Shown here: piece after piece, positions 1-10,165 of the stretch
How positions within the stretch are numbered: position 1 is the first letter of the stretch
Layout: each line of letters starts with the position of its first letter
Origin: Aulosira sp. ZfuVER01
GTDB lineage: Bacteria; Cyanobacteriota; Cyanobacteriia; Cyanobacteriales; Nostocaceae
DNA: 64,000 nucleotides
Assembly (NCBI GenBank): GCA_034530615.2
Contig: JAVRCV020000066.1
Location: 16,576-80,575 of the forward strand
Reading direction: 5' to 3'
Made by a program: the position numbers and the translations under genes
The notes under the pieces: model-generated
Told to the model about the DNA's origin: nothing
Database searches by the model: none
Seen by the model: only the letters and a program-made list of their open reading frames with translations

Positions 1-230
1 GGCTAACTCCAGAGCAAGCCCTAAACTACACCCTATACGGTGGCGAAGACTTTGAATTAGTGCTGTGTTTGCCAACAGATGCAGCCTCAGCTTTGGTAAA
101 ACAGCTCGGCCAGGATACGTCGATTATCGGCACAATTACATCAGGAACAAAAGTACTATTACATGATGAAAATACAGAAATCCCTGACCAAGTTTTAAAT
201 CTTAGTCAGGGATTTCAACATTTTAGTTAG
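1..230 (+). CDS. thiL: Thiamine-monophosphate kinase, 3' end (gene starts before the window)
   Basis: Frame starting at base 3 reads LTPEQALNYTLYGGEDFELVLCLP...QGFQHFS*. GGEDFEL and the terminal GF.HF are ThiL C-terminal motifs. Confidence 0.88.
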   Translation, partial: LTPEQALNYTLYGGEDFELVLCLPTDAASALVKQLGQDTSIIGTITSGTKVLLHDENTEIPDQVLNLSQGFQHFS

Positions 231-259
231 CGGTCATTTGTCAAATGATCAATGACAAA

Positions 260-1273
260 TTATTGCCACTTAACAGCTACGAGTTCTGCCAAATCCAGAA
301 CTCGTTGGCTATAACCCCACTCGTTATCGTACCAAGCCATAACTTTTACTAAGTCACTACCCATAACCAAAGTCAAGCTAGCATCGACAATCGAAGAAGC
401 ATCAGTACCTTGATAGTCGGATGATACAAGTTGTAGCTCACTGTAATCCAAGATACCTTTGAGTGGACCTTCGGAAGCATCTTTTAAGGCTTGATTAACT
501 TCTTCCGTAATAGTACGCTTCTCAACCTGGACTACGAAATCTACCATTGAGACGTTTGGGGTAGGTACACGTAAGGCTACGCCATTCAGCTTGCCTTTGA
601 GATCTGGGATCACTAATGCTACAGCTTTTGCTGCACCAGTAGAAGTGGGTACAATATTAATAGCTGCTGCTCTAGCCCGGCGGACATCACGGTGAGAAGC
701 GTCTAATAAGCGCTGATCCCCTGTGTAGCTGTGAGTAGTGGTCATCGTACCTTTGATGATCCCGAATTTTTCATTCAACACCTTGGCAATAGGAGCCAAG
801 CAGTTGGTGGTACAGCTGGCGTTGCTGATAATGTGGTGAGTGTTGTGGTCATAATCATGATGATTTACACCCATCACAAAGGTGCCATCTTCATTTTTAC
901 CAGGGGCGGTGATTAGAACCTTCTTGGCTCCAGCATTTACATGCTTCATTGCGCCTTCTTTGCTGGTAAAAACACCTGTTGCTTCGATAATTAGATCGAT
1001 TCCCCAATCTTTCCAGGGCAAGTTTTCTGGATTGCGATCGGATACGCACTTAATGGTTTTACCGTTAATGATGATCGAATTATCATCCGCTGTAATGTCA
1101 GCATCCTTTAACTTCCCTAGCATGGAGTCATACTTCAGCAGGTGAGCGTTCGTTCTAGGGTCTGATGTGTCATTAATAGCGACAAGGTCGATGTTGCTGT
1201 TCTGTCTACCGACCCAGCAGCGTGCAAAGTTACGCCCAATCCGCCCGAAACCGTTGATTGCGACTCTAATCAC
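260..1273 (-). CDS. gap2: Type I glyceraldehyde-3-phosphate dehydrogenase (cyanobacterial NAD(P)-dependent Gap2 type)
   Basis: [18 protein letters not shown] active site, [21 protein letters not shown]-loop, [11 protein letters not shown] start. Confidence 0.95.
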   Translation of the reverse strand: MIRVAINGFGRIGRNFARCWVGRQNSNIDLVAINDTSDPRTNAHLLKYDSMLGKLKDADITADDNSIIINGKTIKCVSDRNPENLPWKDWGIDLIIEATGVFTSKEGAMKHVNAGAKKVLITAPGKNEDGTFVMGVNHHDYDHNTHHIISNASCTTNCLAPIAKVLNEKFGIIKGTMTTTHSYTGDQRLLDASHRDVRRARAAAINIVPTSTGAAKAVALVIPDLKGKLNGVALRVPTPNVSMVDFVVQVEKRTITEEVNQALKDASEGPLKGILDYSELQLVSSDYQGTDASSIVDASLTLVMGSDLVKVMAWYDNEWGYSQRVLDLAELVAVKWQ

Positions 1274-1399
1274 AGTGTCTTGCCCTCTGTATTTATGCCT
1301 ATAAGTTTATTTCATTGACCCCAATCATATCGCAAAGGGGGGGAGCATTAATAACCGGAAAGTGTTAGATCCAGAAAAAAACACATAATTTATTCAGAT

Positions 1400-2017
1400 T
1401 TATTTTGAGTAAAGGTTGTGGGCACAGATGTACGACCTCACCGGCTCTGGAACTAGATATCGAATAGACTGGCGTTCGCGGATTAATTCACGAATTAGAC
1501 TTGACGAAACTCCTACTAAAGGTATATGCAGTAATTGCCAACTAATGCTAATAGACTGATTTATCAATTGTTGCTCTACTTGCTTGCAGATTAACTCACT
1601 TTGAGCTATAGTCTCACCACCTAGGAGTCGGGGTGCAATTAACCAATCACACATCTGAGCTAGTTCGTGCCCACGGTACCAATGGGGTAAGGTTTGGAAT
1701 GCATCTAAACCAACAATCCAGTACCAGTGAGTCTTGGGATAAGCAGCAGATAAATCAATCAGTGTATTGATGGCATAAGATGTTCCAGGGCGATTGACTT
1801 CAATTAGTGAAACAGTAAATGCAGGATGATCTTTTGTAGCTTGTTGTAGCATTGCTACTCGATGCTCAAACAAAGCTGCTTGTTTATGTGGAGGATTTAG
1901 CGATGGCACCCAAATTATCTGTTCTACAGGTACTTGATGCAAAGCTGTCTCGCCTATAAGTAGGTGTCCCCAATGTATAGGATCAAATGTGCCACCAAAA
2001 ATTGCTAATTGCTGCAT
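1400..2017 (-). CDS. nadD: Nicotinate-nucleotide adenylyltransferase
   Basis: GGTFDPIHWGH (HxGH), PPHK, SYAINTL, VSSSLIR. Confidence 0.93.
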   Translation of the reverse strand: MQQLAIFGGTFDPIHWGHLLIGETALHQVPVEQIIWVPSLNPPHKQAALFEHRVAMLQQATKDHPAFTVSLIEVNRPGTSYAINTLIDLSAAYPKTHWYWIVGLDAFQTLPHWYRGHELAQMCDWLIAPRLLGGETIAQSELICKQVEQQLINQSISISWQLLHIPLVGVSSSLIRELIRERQSIRYLVPEPVRSYICAHNLYSK

Positions 2018-2420
2018 CCAGTTAAATTGGGCTTCTATTCAATTTCAAAAAAATTCACTATCAATGTACTATTGTAGTCAATTCAATCCTAGGTTTTATC
2101 TAATTTAAAAGCAGTTTCACCAGAGATAGACTATTGTAGCCAATTCTAGTAAGGACGCTAAAATATGTGTTTCTTATTACAAGAATTTCTTTCCCGATGT
2201 GGCAGAAATTTTCAGAATAATCATAAGATACAGTTCAGAAATAGCAAAAACCTCTAACAAAGGTAAAATCATTCTGAACCAAAAAAACAAGAGGAGAAAA
2301 ATTTACGAAACTGAAAAAATTAAATACATACAGGAGCAGTTACAGGAAAAATCCAATTCCTGTTATGATACCCGTGTCATTTGTGATTATGGTGTGGTGT
2401 GGTGTAAGAGGAGTAATCGA

Positions 2421-3881
2421 ATGAATAATTCTGTAGATTTTAGCGGTAGACCGTTTCATTTCATCGGCATCGGCGGCATAGGTATGTCTGCTTTGGCTTA
2501 TGTTCTTGCCAAACGTCAATTGCCAGTATCAGGTTCAGATCTTCGCCCAAATCACATTACGCGAAAGTTAGAATCTATCGGAACTCATATTTTTAGTAGA
2601 CAAGAAGCCAGTAATCTGGAATTTTTTCGCCCTAGAGTTACCTCTGGAGTGGCATTAAACTCACTCTCAGAATTACCTGCTGCGGAAAACGTAGCACTGC
2701 CTCAAGTAATATGTTCAACAGCAATTAACACTACTAATTTAGAATACAAAGCAGCACTAGAATTAGGTTGCCCAATTTTACATCGTTCAGATGTACTAGC
2801 TGCTTTAATTGCCGATTACCATAGCATTGCAGTGGCAGGAACCCACGGCAAAACTACAACCAGTAGTATGATTGGCTATATGCTACTCAAAGCTGGTTTA
2901 GATCCAACTATTCTCGTGGGTGGTGAAGTTAATGCTTGGGAAGGTAATGCCAGATTAGGAGAAAGTCAGTATCTCGTAGCCGAAGCAGATGAATCAGATG
3001 GTTCTTTAGTAAAACACGCTCCAGCAATTGGCATCATCACCAATATTGAACTCGATCATCCCGACCACTATGAAACATTAGAAGAAGTTGTTGATATCTT
3101 CCAAAAGTTTGCTCATAGTTGTCAGACCTTGGTAGGTAGCATCGATTGTGCAACAGTACGCGATCGCCTAAAACCAACAATCACCTACAGCCTACAGCCA
3201 GATACCAACGCTGACTATACTGTCACTAATATTGACTATCGATCTGATGGTACTACAGCCCTAGTTTGGGAAAGAGGCAAAGCTTTAGGGATGTTGAATT
3301 TGCGCCTACTTAGTAAGCACAACCTCAGCAATGCTTTAGCAGCTGTAGCAGTAGGTCGAGTATTGGGCTTAGAATTTGGGGAAATTGCCAAGGGTATTGC
3401 TACCTTTGAAGGCGCAAGACGGCGCTTTGAATTCCGAGGTGAAGTTGATGGCATTACCTTCATTGATGACTATGCCCATCACCCTAGTGAAATTCGTGCT
3501 ACTCTAGCTGCGGCACGTTTGCAAGCTAGACCCGGACAAAGAGTTGTAGCGATTTTTCAGCCCCATCGCTATAGTCGTACACTTACCTTTTTAGAAGAAT
3601 TTGCAGAATCTTTTACTCATGCTGATTTGGTTGTGCTGACTGATATTTACAGTGCCGGAGAACCCAATCTAGGCCAAATTAGTGGTGAAATATTAGCAGC
3701 AGCAATCGCCAAACAGCACCCACAGGTTGTTTATCAACCAACCTTGCCTTTGGTAAACGAATTCTTAGTAAAAACATTGCGTCCTGGAGATTTAGCACTG
3801 TTTCTCGGTGCAGGGAACTTGAATCAAGCCATTCCCGAAATAATTGCTACACTTTGCGAACCAGCAAAAGCCACATCTTAA
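2421..3881 (+). CDS. murC: UDP-N-acetylmuramate--L-alanine ligase
   Basis: FIGIGGIGMS, AGTHGKTTT, EADESD, DDYAHHP, FQPHRYSRT. ATG at 2421 follows a GAGGAG RBS, so the longer ORF from 2199 is probably over-extended. Confidence 0.95.
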   Translation: MNNSVDFSGRPFHFIGIGGIGMSALAYVLAKRQLPVSGSDLRPNHITRKLESIGTHIFSRQEASNLEFFRPRVTSGVALNSLSELPAAENVALPQVICSTAINTTNLEYKAALELGCPILHRSDVLAALIADYHSIAVAGTHGKTTTSSMIGYMLLKAGLDPTILVGGEVNAWEGNARLGESQYLVAEADESDGSLVKHAPAIGIITNIELDHPDHYETLEEVVDIFQKFAHSCQTLVGSIDCATVRDRLKPTITYSLQPDTNADYTVTNIDYRSDGTTALVWERGKALGMLNLRLLSKHNLSNALAAVAVGRVLGLEFGEIAKGIATFEGARRRFEFRGEVDGITFIDDYAHHPSEIRATLAAARLQARPGQRVVAIFQPHRYSRTLTFLEEFAESFTHADLVVLTDIYSAGEPNLGQISGEILAAAIAKQHPQVVYQPTLPLVNEFLVKTLRPGDLALFLGAGNLNQAIPEIIATLCEPAKATS

Positions 3882-4011
3882 GTGATGACACTGTTAATGT
3901 CTCTTTTGAGACAAGTGTCTAGCTAATTTGTTACAGTTTCATAAAAATTTCATAGTACAGCCGTATTATTACGGCGCATAAATGTAAAAATTTCTCTAAA
4001 TCGACCTAAAA

Positions 4012-5010
4012 ATGACAACCTTCCAGGCAGATAGCAGCGTCTGCACAGTTTCTACATTGACTTCAGAGAAACAGGAAACAGCTAATTCCGTCGAAAGTCC
4101 GGTAATTTATTTACCTGGTACTGATTGCGCTATTAAGTCTCAGGCTTCTTTGTCAGCATATACTTCCTATAGGGTGGGTGGAGCAGCACAACTATATATT
4201 GCCCCCCGCAATATAGAAGCAATGCAAGCAGGGTTAAAGTATGCAAAAGAACGTGGTATTGTAGTAACAATACTAGGTGCAGGTTCTAACTTATTGGTAA
4301 GCGATCGCGGTCTACCGGGCTTAGTTATTGCCACTCGTCATCTGAGATATAGTCACTTTGACCCTCAAACAGGTCAATTAACCGTTGCTGCGGGTGAATC
4401 AATTCCGAGCTTGGCATGGCAAGCAGCCGATTTAGGCTGGGAAGGACTAGAATGGGCTGTCGGCATCCCTGGAACGGTTGGGGGTGCTGTAGTGATGAAT
4501 GCCGGGGCGCACAATAGCTGTACCGCAGATATGTTAGTCAGCGCTCAAGTACTTTCACCCGATGGCGCTCTGGAAACTCTTACTCCTGCGGAATTGGGTT
4601 ATAACTACCGGACTTCATTATTGCAAGGTAGCGATCGCATAGTTACCCAAGCCACCTTTCAATTGCGGCCAGGTGCAGACCCAGCAAAAGTGTTAGCAGC
4701 AACCAAGGAGCACAAACAGCACCGACTGACTACCCAACCCTATAACTTCCCTAGTTGTGGTAGTGTGTTCCGCAATCCCAAGCCTTACTCTGCTGGCTGG
4801 TTAATTGAACAAACTGGGTTAAAAGGCTTCCAAATTGGTGGCGCACAAGTAGCACAACTCCATGCTAATTTTATCGTTAACCGTGGCGGCGCAAAAGCTA
4901 GCGATATCTTTTGTCTCATTCGTCATATTCAGCAGCAAGTGCAAGACCGTTGGTCAATTCGCTTAGAGCCAGAAGTCAAAATGCTGGGAGAATTTCAGCT
5001 AGCTTGTTGA
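4012..5010 (+). CDS. murB: UDP-N-acetylenolpyruvoylglucosamine reductase
   Basis: [42 protein letters not shown]; follows murC. Confidence 0.95.
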   Translation: MTTFQADSSVCTVSTLTSEKQETANSVESPVIYLPGTDCAIKSQASLSAYTSYRVGGAAQLYIAPRNIEAMQAGLKYAKERGIVVTILGAGSNLLVSDRGLPGLVIATRHLRYSHFDPQTGQLTVAAGESIPSLAWQAADLGWEGLEWAVGIPGTVGGAVVMNAGAHNSCTADMLVSAQVLSPDGALETLTPAELGYNYRTSLLQGSDRIVTQATFQLRPGADPAKVLAATKEHKQHRLTTQPYNFPSCGSVFRNPKPYSAGWLIEQTGLKGFQIGGAQVAQLHANFIVNRGGAKASDIFCLIRHIQQQVQDRWSIRLEPEVKMLGEFQLAC

Positions 5011-5149
5011 GCTTGGAGAAATTCACCATCACAGCGGTCAGCAATCAATGCTCTGAAGCATTAATTATGAGTAAAAAAAGAGGCAATTTGCCTACCGCAT
5101 CTATAATTGAATTTGATTTGTTATTTAACGCACACGCGGACTATCTATT

Positions 5150-5497
5150 ATGACAGGTAAAGGACAGGGTTTTGGCTTTGGCTTGGGAAAAATGAAAGAA
5201 CTAGCCGAAGCTTTCAAAAAAGCACAGCAAGTTCAAGAAGGCGCAAAGCGTCTCCAAGAAGAATTGGAGCAAATGGAGATTCAAGGAGAGTCTGGCGGTG
5301 GTCTGATCAAGGTAATTGTCAGTGGCAACCAAGAACCCAAACGAGTAGAAATTTCTCCAGACGCTTTAGGAGAAGGAGCAGAAGTACTGTCCGACCTAGT
5401 GACAGTGGCGATGAAAGACGCCTACAACAAGTCCACAGCTACAATGCGGGAACGCATGGAAGATTTGACCAGTGGGCTGGAATTGCCTGGATTTTAG
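5150..5497 (+). CDS. ybaB: YbaB/EbfC family nucleoid-associated protein
   Basis: AQQVQ...[17 protein letters not shown]...[10 protein letters not shown] pattern; 115 aa. Confidence 0.9.
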   Translation: MTGKGQGFGFGLGKMKELAEAFKKAQQVQEGAKRLQEELEQMEIQGESGGGLIKVIVSGNQEPKRVEISPDALGEGAEVLSDLVTVAMKDAYNKSTATMRERMEDLTSGLELPGF

Positions 5498-5502
5498 TCG
5501 TT

Positions 5503-5575
5503 AGTCAAGGGTCAAGAGTCAAAAGTCAAAAGCCAAAATAGGTTACTTTTAACTTTGGACTCTTGACTTTGGACT
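5503..5575. repeat. Inverted arrays of heptamer short tandem repeats (GTCAAGA/GTCAAAA vs TTGGACT/TTGACTT)
   Basis: gtcaagggtcaagagtcaaaagtcaaaagccaaaa ... ctttggactcttgactttggact; STRR-like, can fold into a hairpin. Confidence 0.7.
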
Positions 5576-5593
5576 GAGAGAAGCAAAATACTT

Positions 5594-6079
5594 ATGCCCT
5601 ACAAACTACTTTTTGTCTGCCTGGGTAATATCTGTCGTTCGCCATCGGCAGAAAACATCATGAATCATCTGGTTGAACAGGCAGGCTTAAGCAATAGTAT
5701 TGTCTGTGACTCGGCGGGGACATCTAGCTATCACATTGGTAGCCCGCCTGACCGCCGCATGAGTGCCGCATCTGAGAAAAAGTTGGGGATTAAACTGCGC
5801 GGTCAAGCCCGTCAGTTACGGAAATCGGACTTTCAAGACTTTGACTTGATTTTGGCAATGGATCGGGACAATTATCAGGATATTCTGGCACTTGACCCAT
5901 CTCAGCATTATCGCGATAAAGTCTATTTAATGTGTGATTTTTGCTCTCAGTACAGCCTGAAAGAAGTTCCAGATCCTTACTATGGTGGTGCAGAAGGATT
6001 CGATCGAGTAATCGATCTGCTAGTAGATGCTTGTGATGGTCTGCTGCAAAAAATTATTAGCGAGCAACTAAATAAATGA
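5594..6079 (+). CDS. Low molecular weight protein-tyrosine phosphatase
   Basis: VCLGNICRSP (CX5R), DSAGT, DPYYG. Confidence 0.93.
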   Translation: MPYKLLFVCLGNICRSPSAENIMNHLVEQAGLSNSIVCDSAGTSSYHIGSPPDRRMSAASEKKLGIKLRGQARQLRKSDFQDFDLILAMDRDNYQDILALDPSQHYRDKVYLMCDFCSQYSLKEVPDPYYGGAEGFDRVIDLLVDACDGLLQKIISEQLNK

Positions 6080-6120
6080 GTGCTGAGTAAAGTTAGAGTG
6101 CAAACTCATTACTCAGCACT
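6079..6120. terminator. Hairpin between convergent genes (probable bidirectional terminator)
   Basis: AGTGCTGAGTAA ... TTACTCAGCACT perfect 12-bp inverted repeat. Confidence 0.55.
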
Positions 6121-6128
6121 TTGTTGTA

Positions 6129-6812
6129 CTATTCCACTAGACCATGCTTGATCGCAAAACGCACCAGTTCAGCTCGGTTACTAGTTGCTGTTTTTCTCAA
6201 TAAGCTACTAACGTACTTTTCTACTGTACGCGCACTGAGGTGTAGCTGTTGGCCCATGTCAGCATTAGAAAGACCATGCGTTAACAGTTCTAGGACTTCC
6301 TGCTCTCTAGGAGTCAAAATTGAGAGCATTTGAGATTTCTGACTATGAGTAATTTCAGCAGGATGGGCTTCTGCTGTTTTTGTTTGGCTAGAATGGCCCA
6401 AGTTTTCTTGATGAGAAAAGCGGTACTCTGATTGAATAATTTGCGATCGCTCCAGCAGATTACGAATAGCTGCTGCTAACTCTTCTAACTCAAAAGGTTT
6501 AGGCAAATATAAATCGCATCCCGACTGATAGCCCAAAATTCTTTCCTGAGTTTTAGTCCGCGCTGTTAATAAAATCACAGGTAATAAACGGAACTCTGCT
6601 TTTTGACGCACCCGGCGCACTAATTCATAGCCATTCATTCTTGGCATAACAATATCAGTGACAATCAAATCAGGATGGTACTCCTCCACCATCACCAACG
6701 CCTCTTGACCATCATTCGCCGTAATCACTGAGTAGCCAGACAGTTCAAGATAATCGCTAATCGACAGACGAGTGCCCAGATCGTCATCCACTACAAGGAT
6801 CGTCAAGGGCAT
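6129..6812 (-). CDS. NarL/LuxR-family response regulator (REC + LuxR HTH)
   Basis: ILVVDDD, DIVMPRMNG, KPF; LTPREQEVLELLTHGLSNADMG...TVEKYVSSLLRK. Likely start MPLTIL at 6812. Confidence 0.9.
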   Translation of the reverse strand: MPLTILVVDDDLGTRLSISDYLELSGYSVITANDGQEALVMVEEYHPDLIVTDIVMPRMNGYELVRRVRQKAEFRLLPVILLTARTKTQERILGYQSGCDLYLPKPFELEELAAAIRNLLERSQIIQSEYRFSHQENLGHSSQTKTAEAHPAEITHSQKSQMLSILTPREQEVLELLTHGLSNADMGQQLHLSARTVEKYVSSLLRKTATSNRAELVRFAIKHGLVE

Positions 6813-7290
6813 GGACAGTACACCCCTAGCATTTTTTTTACTTAGAAATTGGCTTGTTTGAGCACTATTAGTGAACACAGGCAAGAATGATGTGCTCTTA
6901 TTTTTCATACTATGACAGGATTACCCGCTAATTACTGCCTCAGGACTGATTTATAAAGAAAATCTTAATTCTTTAGAAATTGTTAATAAATTTTAACGCA
7001 GTGTTCCATTCTACTGCTTGGCAAAGATAAATAATGTAGCAATTCATAACAACTAAGCAACACGATAGGGTAATCTTTTACCCTACTGTAAATTAAAATT
7101 TACCGAATCGACTGTCTAGTTGAGACAAAATTTGCTGGAAAATTTCTCATTGAGAACTTGAAAAAGCTAAATTAAGAATATAACTCTCTTACCTAGAGTA
7201 ACCATTTATAGTGGTCTAATATAGCCTGAAGCAATTTTTCTACCGACTCAAACAAGATTTTAGACACATTTTAAGTACGCATGATTTTCC

Positions 7291-7758
7291 ATGAGTGACA
7301 AAAGCGAAGGTTACAAAGTAATTAGCGATAATCGACAAGCCCGTTATTTATATGAAATCCTGGAAACTTACGAAGCTGGAATTCAATTGACGGGAACAGA
7401 GGTAAAATCGATTCGTGCAGGTAAAGTCAATCTTCAAGATGGCTATGCGTTGATTCGCAATGGCGAAGCATGGTTAATTAACGCGCATATTTCACCTTAC
7501 ACTGCTAGCGGACAATATTTTAATCATGAACCACGGCGGACGCGCAAGCTGTTACTGCATCGTCAGGAAATCCGCAAGCTAATTGGTAAAGTCGAACAGC
7601 AGGGTTTGACTTTAGTTCCTTTAAAGATGTACTTCAAGCGTGGCCGCGTAAAAGTGAGTATAGCCCTGGGCAAAGGTAAAAAGCTCCACGATAAGCGAGA
7701 AGACCTGAAAAAACGCCAAGATCAACGCGATATTCAACGAGCAATGAAAAATTATTAA
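7291..7758 (+). CDS. smpB: SsrA-binding protein
   Basis: NRQARYLY, EAGIQLTGTEVKSIR, RKLLLH, GKKLHDKR. Confidence 0.97.
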   Translation: MSDKSEGYKVISDNRQARYLYEILETYEAGIQLTGTEVKSIRAGKVNLQDGYALIRNGEAWLINAHISPYTASGQYFNHEPRRTRKLLLHRQEIRKLIGKVEQQGLTLVPLKMYFKRGRVKVSIALGKGKKLHDKREDLKKRQDQRDIQRAMKNY

Positions 7759-7896
7759 GCATTCTTGGAAAAAGTGCGGTGTATATCCTCAGTCAGAGTT
7801 AAGAAAAAGCCGATTTTATCGCCACAGATTGATTTTGTTATCTCTGGAACTCGGTAAAGTGGTGAGTAATCTTGGAAGGGATGAGGAACTTTCACC

Positions 7897-8178
7897 ATGA
7901 CACGCAATTTCACTAAAGCGATAGGCACTGGCGTTCTCACCTTGAGTATGGCAATGTTGTCCTTAACTCTACCTGTACAAGCTCAAAGTACTACTACTGA
8001 CCCTGGAACCCGGACTACCCCAAGCACAACAACCTACGATCGCAATGATTTTGATTGGGGTTGGCTGGGATTAATTGGTTTATTAGGTCTTGCTGGGTTG
8101 ACAGGTAGAAAGCGTGATGACGAACCAACCCGTTACCGCGATCCCAATGCACCAGGTGCTACTAGCTACAGGGAGTAA
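7897..8178 (+). CDS. Small secreted protein with WGxxGxxG C-terminal membrane motif
   Basis: Signal peptide (..PVQA), Thr-rich linker, DWGWLGLIGLLGLAGL followed by GRKR. Confidence 0.85.
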   Translation: MTRNFTKAIGTGVLTLSMAMLSLTLPVQAQSTTTDPGTRTTPSTTTYDRNDFDWGWLGLIGLLGLAGLTGRKRDDEPTRYRDPNAPGATSYRE

Positions 8179-8198
8179 GTAATTGGTAAATTTTATAC

Positions 8199-8235
8199 AG
8201 TAAGTTGTCAGTTGTTGGGTGACTGACAACTTACT
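8199..8235. terminator. Hairpin between convergent genes (probable bidirectional terminator)
   Basis: AGTAAGTTGTCAGT / ACTGACAACTTACT perfect 14-bp inverted repeat. Confidence 0.65.
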
Positions 8236-8239
8236 CCTT

Positions 8240-9667
8240 TTAGTTTGCTGCTGGTTCAGAACTAACCGAATTTAGCTCTAAATTCTTATTTTGATTTAAA
8301 GGTGTCCAGTAACTGGCAATCAAAGCCACTAAGAACCACCAGAGACTGTTAACCTCGGGACGAAACCAGACAGTATCAAAAGTCCCATGAGCAAGCATAC
8401 CGACAATAGATGCGATCGCTCCAATTAACCAAAATCCCTCTACGCTTCTTAACTGCCGCAATCGTCGCATTTGCATATAACCTGTATTCAAAGTCACAAT
8501 CAACAGCCACAGAAAACAGCCTAAACCAATAAAACCAGTTTCTACAGCAATTTCTAGCAAAATCGAATAGGCACTCAAAGCACTATAACGGGGGCGTTGA
8601 TAGAGAGGGTAGATTTTATTAAAAGCATTGTGACCAGGGCCAATACCGAGAATCGGGCGATCGTGAATCATCTCAAAAACAGCATCCCAGACATTCCTGC
8701 GAAAATTATTACTGCTATCTTGACGATCGGCAAAAATACTCAAAACTCGCAAACGTACTGGCTCAACAAAGATCACCGCTAGCACTAATATCCCAATTAA
8801 ACCTCCGAGAATAATTGGCAATGACCAAGTGCGCCAAAAAGGCGGCATTTGCACACTCCACCAATAAATGAGCAATGCCATCACTGTTAATACTGCCGCC
8901 ACTAAACCAATCCAGCCACCACGACTAAAGGTGAGAACTAAACAGGCACTATTGACAATTAACGCTGTTAATGCAAGAGCTTTCTTAAACCAGCTTTGCC
9001 AAGCAAAAATTGCCACCAAACTGAAAACTACTGCTGGGAGAAGATACCCTGCCAATAAATTGGGATTACCCAAATAACTATAGACCCTAGTCGTTTTAGA
9101 CAAAGGCGATTCGGGGTCAACCCAAGTGGCTAAGGCTGTTGCACCAAAAAACCATTGCCGCAACCCATATACGCTAACAATTAGCGACACGTGCAGGTAG
9201 AGAGCGATCAGCCAAGACCGCAGGCGGGATGACCTCAGCACCCTAGCACAAAGCGCAAATAGCAGCAAATAGAGCGTTAAAGTGAATAAATCGTTCAACG
9301 CCGCCTTTTTTACTGGTGAGAATGCTGTAGCAACTGCGGCAATTGCCCAATAGAGCAATACCAGCAGATGAATAGGGGTAAATGATGAGGCATTGGTTGA
9401 TGTTGCTTCATCAGATAAAGTTAGCAATAGCCAAAATCCTACACAAGCTGCCAGCAAGAACCCGATCAAAGTAGTTGAAACAAAGGGTGCCAGTCCATAC
9501 ACTAGACTAAGTAAGGCAACCGCAATTGTGTCTCCCCACTGGAGCAACATACTACTTTGCCGCCAGGAGGATAACAGCCCCACCAAAGAGTTGTGGAGGT
9601 AGCTGGTAGCAAAATATTCTTTGACTGTTAAATAAGATAACGTGAACCTTTGCCAGACTAAATTCAT
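8240..9667 (-). CDS. ictB: IctB family membrane protein (O-antigen ligase/polymerase-like)
   Basis: Many TM segments; RVYSYLGNPNLLAGY, TFSRGGW, DSSNNFRRNVW, GIGPG. Confidence 0.9.
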   Translation of the reverse strand: MNLVWQRFTLSYLTVKEYFATSYLHNSLVGLLSSWRQSSMLLQWGDTIAVALLSLVYGLAPFVSTTLIGFLLAACVGFWLLLTLSDEATSTNASSFTPIHLLVLLYWAIAAVATAFSPVKKAALNDLFTLTLYLLLFALCARVLRSSRLRSWLIALYLHVSLIVSVYGLRQWFFGATALATWVDPESPLSKTTRVYSYLGNPNLLAGYLLPAVVFSLVAIFAWQSWFKKALALTALIVNSACLVLTFSRGGWIGLVAAVLTVMALLIYWWSVQMPPFWRTWSLPIILGGLIGILVLAVIFVEPVRLRVLSIFADRQDSSNNFRRNVWDAVFEMIHDRPILGIGPGHNAFNKIYPLYQRPRYSALSAYSILLEIAVETGFIGLGCFLWLLIVTLNTGYMQMRRLRQLRSVEGFWLIGAIASIVGMLAHGTFDTVWFRPEVNSLWWFLVALIASYWTPLNQNKNLELNSVSSEPAAN

Positions 9668-10051
9668 AAAAAACGCTGTGACTGATTAGCACGCCCGCCT
9701 AGAACTTGGAATCGATCATAATGCGGGTAGTTACAAAAGGGTAATAATGCAGATTGGGAATTTCATCAATAGTCCATAATCATTATTCAATATTGATGAC
9801 TTTTGAATTCTTGCCCATCATCTAACACATTTCCACTCGTGCTAGTTCCATCAGCGGATTTTAAACAGTGCTGAATAAAAAATATGAGTCGTTAATAGCT
9901 AATCCAAAATCGTATTATTCATGCGTCCTGGTGAAGCAGTGCTAGAGACGCTTTCCCACTAAAGACAAACCTCGCGTACTCAGTTGGGCGTATTCCCAAA
10001 GAGAATGCTTAGGGTAGGATTCACCAGGAGGATGTACGCACTTGATGATGC

Positions 10052-10147
10052 TATAGCGTTTCCTAGTCTACTGAGGTACAAATTTATCTGTATTCATCTG
10101 GGGTTAACTAAATTTTTCTGTACTTCACTGAAATGAGAAATGCTATA
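10052..10147. mobile_element. Miniature inverted-repeat element, TATAGC...GCTATA family
   Basis: Ends tatagcgtttc / gaaatgctata plus inner arms gaggtaca / tgtacttc; same termini type as the element at 55335-55679. Confidence 0.6.
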
Positions 10148-10165
10148 TTTAGCAGCTTGCCCTAA

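Noticed and set aside
2199..2420. N-terminal extension of MurC
   Set aside because: AT-rich sequence unlike MurC; a strong GAGGAG RBS precedes ATG 2421.
6813..6908. N-terminal extension of the response regulator
   Set aside because: The receiver domain begins at MPLTILVVDDD; the upstream part looks like leader sequence.
6913..7896. tmRNA (ssrA) or tRNA near smpB
   Set aside because: No tRNA-like ends or T-arm motif recognised here or elsewhere in the window.
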